Below, piece by piece: positions 60,899-64,000 of a stretch of DNA of 64,000 bases. Source of the stretch: Takakia lepidozioides. Lineage: Eukaryota; Plantae; Bryophyta. Made by a program: the position numbers and the translations under genes. The stretch lies in the NCBI GenBank assembly GCA_030704615.1, contig CM060733.1, positions 76,012,001-76,076,000 of the forward strand, given 5' to 3'. The notes beneath the pieces are model-generated. The model searched no databases, was not told where the DNA came from, and saw only the letters and a program-made list of their open reading frames with translations. The stretch's first letter is position 1; the number at the start of each line of letters is the position of its first letter.

Positions 60899-63800
60899 CA
60901 CTACAATATCTTCACAATTTATTTAAATAAAATTAGGACCGTCAGTGCTGGGGATCCCATGTAATTCAAAATATTTTAATTAACTTAGGACCGTCGATGC
61001 TGGCGGTTTTGTTATAATCTATAAATATTTAAATTCAGACCCGCCAACTCCGATCGTCTTATAAAAAATACTTAATAAGTTTGAGACCGCCAGCTCTGGT
61101 GGCCTCAATTTTGAAGAAATTATTTAATAAATTTGGGACCACAAGTCGTAACAGTCTTGATTTTAAAAAATATATCTAATAAAATAGGACAGACGGTGAT
61201 CCCATTTTTTATATTTTTTGGGATAAAATCGGGTCCGTTACAGCTAGCGCTACAAATTTTTATTTATTTTTTCTTAAAATATTTTGGATAAAATCGGGAC
61301 CGTCAGAGCTGGCGGTCCCCCTTTTTTTTTTTGATAAAATTGGCCGGTGGTCCTAATGTTTTAATTTAAAAAATATATAATTTTATGGGTAAAAATGGGA
61401 CCGTTTGACTGACGGGTTTTTTTTTTTTGGGATCAAATTGGGATTGACAGCGGTCCTAATGGTTTTTTTTTTTAAATTGGATAAAATCGGGACCGTCAAA
61501 ACTGGCGATTCCAATTCTTTTTCGGAATGATTTTATTTCTTTTCAAATAAAATTCGGACTGACAGAGGTAGCGATTCTTTTTCAATTTTTTAACTTTGAT
61601 TTATTAAAATCGGGACTGTCAGTTCTTGTGGTCCCAATAGTTTTATTTTCAATAATATCAGGACCACTAGCTATCCTGATTTTATCTAGTAAAATATATA
61701 TATATACGTGGCATACCCCGATTTCTTTTTTTATTATTTTTTTATTTAAAAAAAAACACCACCAGTTCTAACATTCCCAATTTTATTTAAAATAAAATAA
61801 AATAAAAATAGGATCGTTAGCTTGCGGTTCTGATTCTATCCCAAATTAAATAAATAAACCGAGACCACCAAAGCAAGAAAAATTTACTTCAACATACCAA
61901 AGATAGATGATATTAAAGTATTATTAATGGAGATTTTGTATCATACAATCAATACATGATCTAATTGAGCACATTTCAAACCTTATCAATTAATCAGTAA
62001 GACACATACACACACATTCTATTTGTACAAAAAACAAAGATCCACATACAATAGTCAACTAGCTCTACATCTACAAAATCCTCTCATCACATGACTTCAT
62101 CTAAATCATTTCACATATTATGTTGAGAGTGCTTTGATGCTCCACTACTCTTCCAACAAATCACATAGATACAACTGAAGTGGACAAGTAATAAATTTTA
62201 TCAAACATCGATAGTATGCTCCCATATACACCGAAATAACCACCTATCACAGATCTCCAAATGAACCACCTGAGTGAGGTGTCACATACGTGAATTTGAC
62301 ATTCATTTCTCCTCAGTCTTATATAATGGCATATACAACGTGTTGTAGCATGTAGTTGATGTCGGAATTTGATTTGCGGGCAACATGGGCTGACCTTCAA
62401 TTTTGATGTTTTATATATATTTTTTCAAAAAACACCAATGATGAGTGTGATAATTGTTGTCTCTTAACGTTCATCATATCCCAAACACATTTTTTTAACC
62501 GTTCATATGTATAAAAACACACGTCGAGATGTACATGTGACTATAAGATGAACAAACTCAATAAGTAATCAACATTTAGAAGTACAATTACATTGCATAC
62601 CTCAACCATAAGATGCACATTGCCGAACGTGCAAATGTTCACAAATGGATCTGCGTCAACAAGTGTCTCTCCAATAAACATTCATTTTATAATTGAAGAA
62701 CATGTGTTATGTAGTTTTTCTAATATATATATATTTTTTTCTCAAGTACAGATAACTCATTGTTTGACATGGTGGACTTCATAGAGAGCTCAAAGTCATC
62801 TTTCACGGCCTCTCCTACCGACCGCATGTTTGTGAACAAAAGCCGAAACACCATGGCTCTCAACACCTTATGAACCTCAATATTGAATGTGGGCCCAATT
62901 GGGACCCTATACAACCCATCGCAGCTTCAGCACAAGATACATCCTCGCATATGTCCATCTTTGTCGCCCTTTGAGCATCCCCCTCAACAACTATTCATGT
63001 TTGCATCGTTGAATATTACAAAATAAACAATATTGTGTAGTGTTCCATCCACATATCAACAATGTAAGATCCATGGAATTGCTTGGGATCTTGCCACAAG
63101 CATGTTATAGTGCAAAAAATGGTACACTGAAAGCTTTCACATAATCCAACGTTAGAATGGAGGATATTATACTGCCGCAACGGAAGCAAAAGAAAACAGT
63201 ATAATATCTACCTTGCCCTAGATCCGAACATGAATATCAAATGCAAGCATCTCATCTCTTTGGTGCTCGTAATATCAACTTTGTTATGCCTTAATGTGGT
63301 TCGTCCGAACACCTTGTCATCTCTGGCATCTAGACTGGTATCCAAAAATACCCGCTCACAAGTTAGTTGTTAGCAACATTGTATCATTCGTATACCTTAA
63401 GCTTAATCCCAACTGGGTGCTTGTCACCCTAGTTCACTGATCATACACCATCCCGATACTACACTGTCATTTTAGAAATTCAATAGTTCTTCACTGGACA
63501 TCTAATGCATCTTAACTCAAAATCCACTTAGAATAGTAATTATCACTCTATCATGATTGCAAAACCTCTCACAAAAAACCCTTGACAACAACAAATGGGT
63601 GATCACGTTCACACAAAAACTGCTGCCAATATATAACTTCATTTAGAAAATTTCAGCCAATTACAACATCCGTCTTTCCAATCTACCCTTGTACTATTGT
63701 CTGCACTCTAGTGGGCCTCAGCCCTTCTCTCTGAGTACTTCCCTCATCGCCTTAGTCTCTTCACCCTTCCCCCATCAAGTCGATCCACACTGATGCGTTT

Positions 63801-64000
63801 GGTGCAGCAGCGAGCCCCTTTTAAGCTCACTGGCCGTCAAGCTACCTTGGCTAGCTTACACCTGAATAACTAATAATTTATATTTTCCCAAAAATACCTT
63901 CTAGGCTTCGTATTTAGTATTGTCGGCTCAAAGGCTTGGCTCTTCATGCCGTTCCACTGCCATCATTTAAATGCAAGGTAGACCTACCTTAACTTTAAAT
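60899..64000 (-). mobile_element. CACTA (En/Spm) element end with subterminal repeats and a decayed internal coding region
   Basis: CACTACAA at 60899 followed by many copies of a GGGACCG(T/C)CAG..CTGGCGGTCCC-type palindromic motif to ~61870; faint TnpD-like traces on the minus strand (LDV..EKN-like near 63490). Confidence 0.65.

Overview
Eukaryotic nuclear DNA with spliceosomal introns, from a plant (probably a seedless land plant; inferred from the TE clades and CYP type). There are two host-gene loci: a 15-exon DEAD-box RNA helicase of the RH7/DDX21 type (9763-16784) and a tandem pair of CYP71-clan cytochrome P450s (one pseudogene, one probably coding; 47.6-55.1 kb). The rest is mostly mobile DNA. 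(i) An ~11.6-kb Mutator-like (MULE) transposon (34760-46367, 9-bp TSD) carries, head-to-head with its GCM-DDE-SWIM transposase, a spliced gene encoding a ParB/Srx-like domain fused to a beta-class N4C/N6A DNA-methyltransferase-like domain. One intron of that gene holds an array of eight 22-bp palindromes. This is the best candidate for an undescribed system. (ii) An unusual Ty3/Gypsy-type element (19345-34493) has an extra 5' ORF, a -1 gag/pol slippery site, a degenerate dUTPase between protease and RT, non-canonical terminal repeats, and its integrase as a separate ORF on the opposite strand. (iii) A very young Galadriel-like chromovirus (22936-29899) is nested in the gag of (ii). Also present: MITEs with exact TSDs, LINE fragments, a CACTA end and several tandem repeats. 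All calls come from manual reading and translation; no database searches were run.
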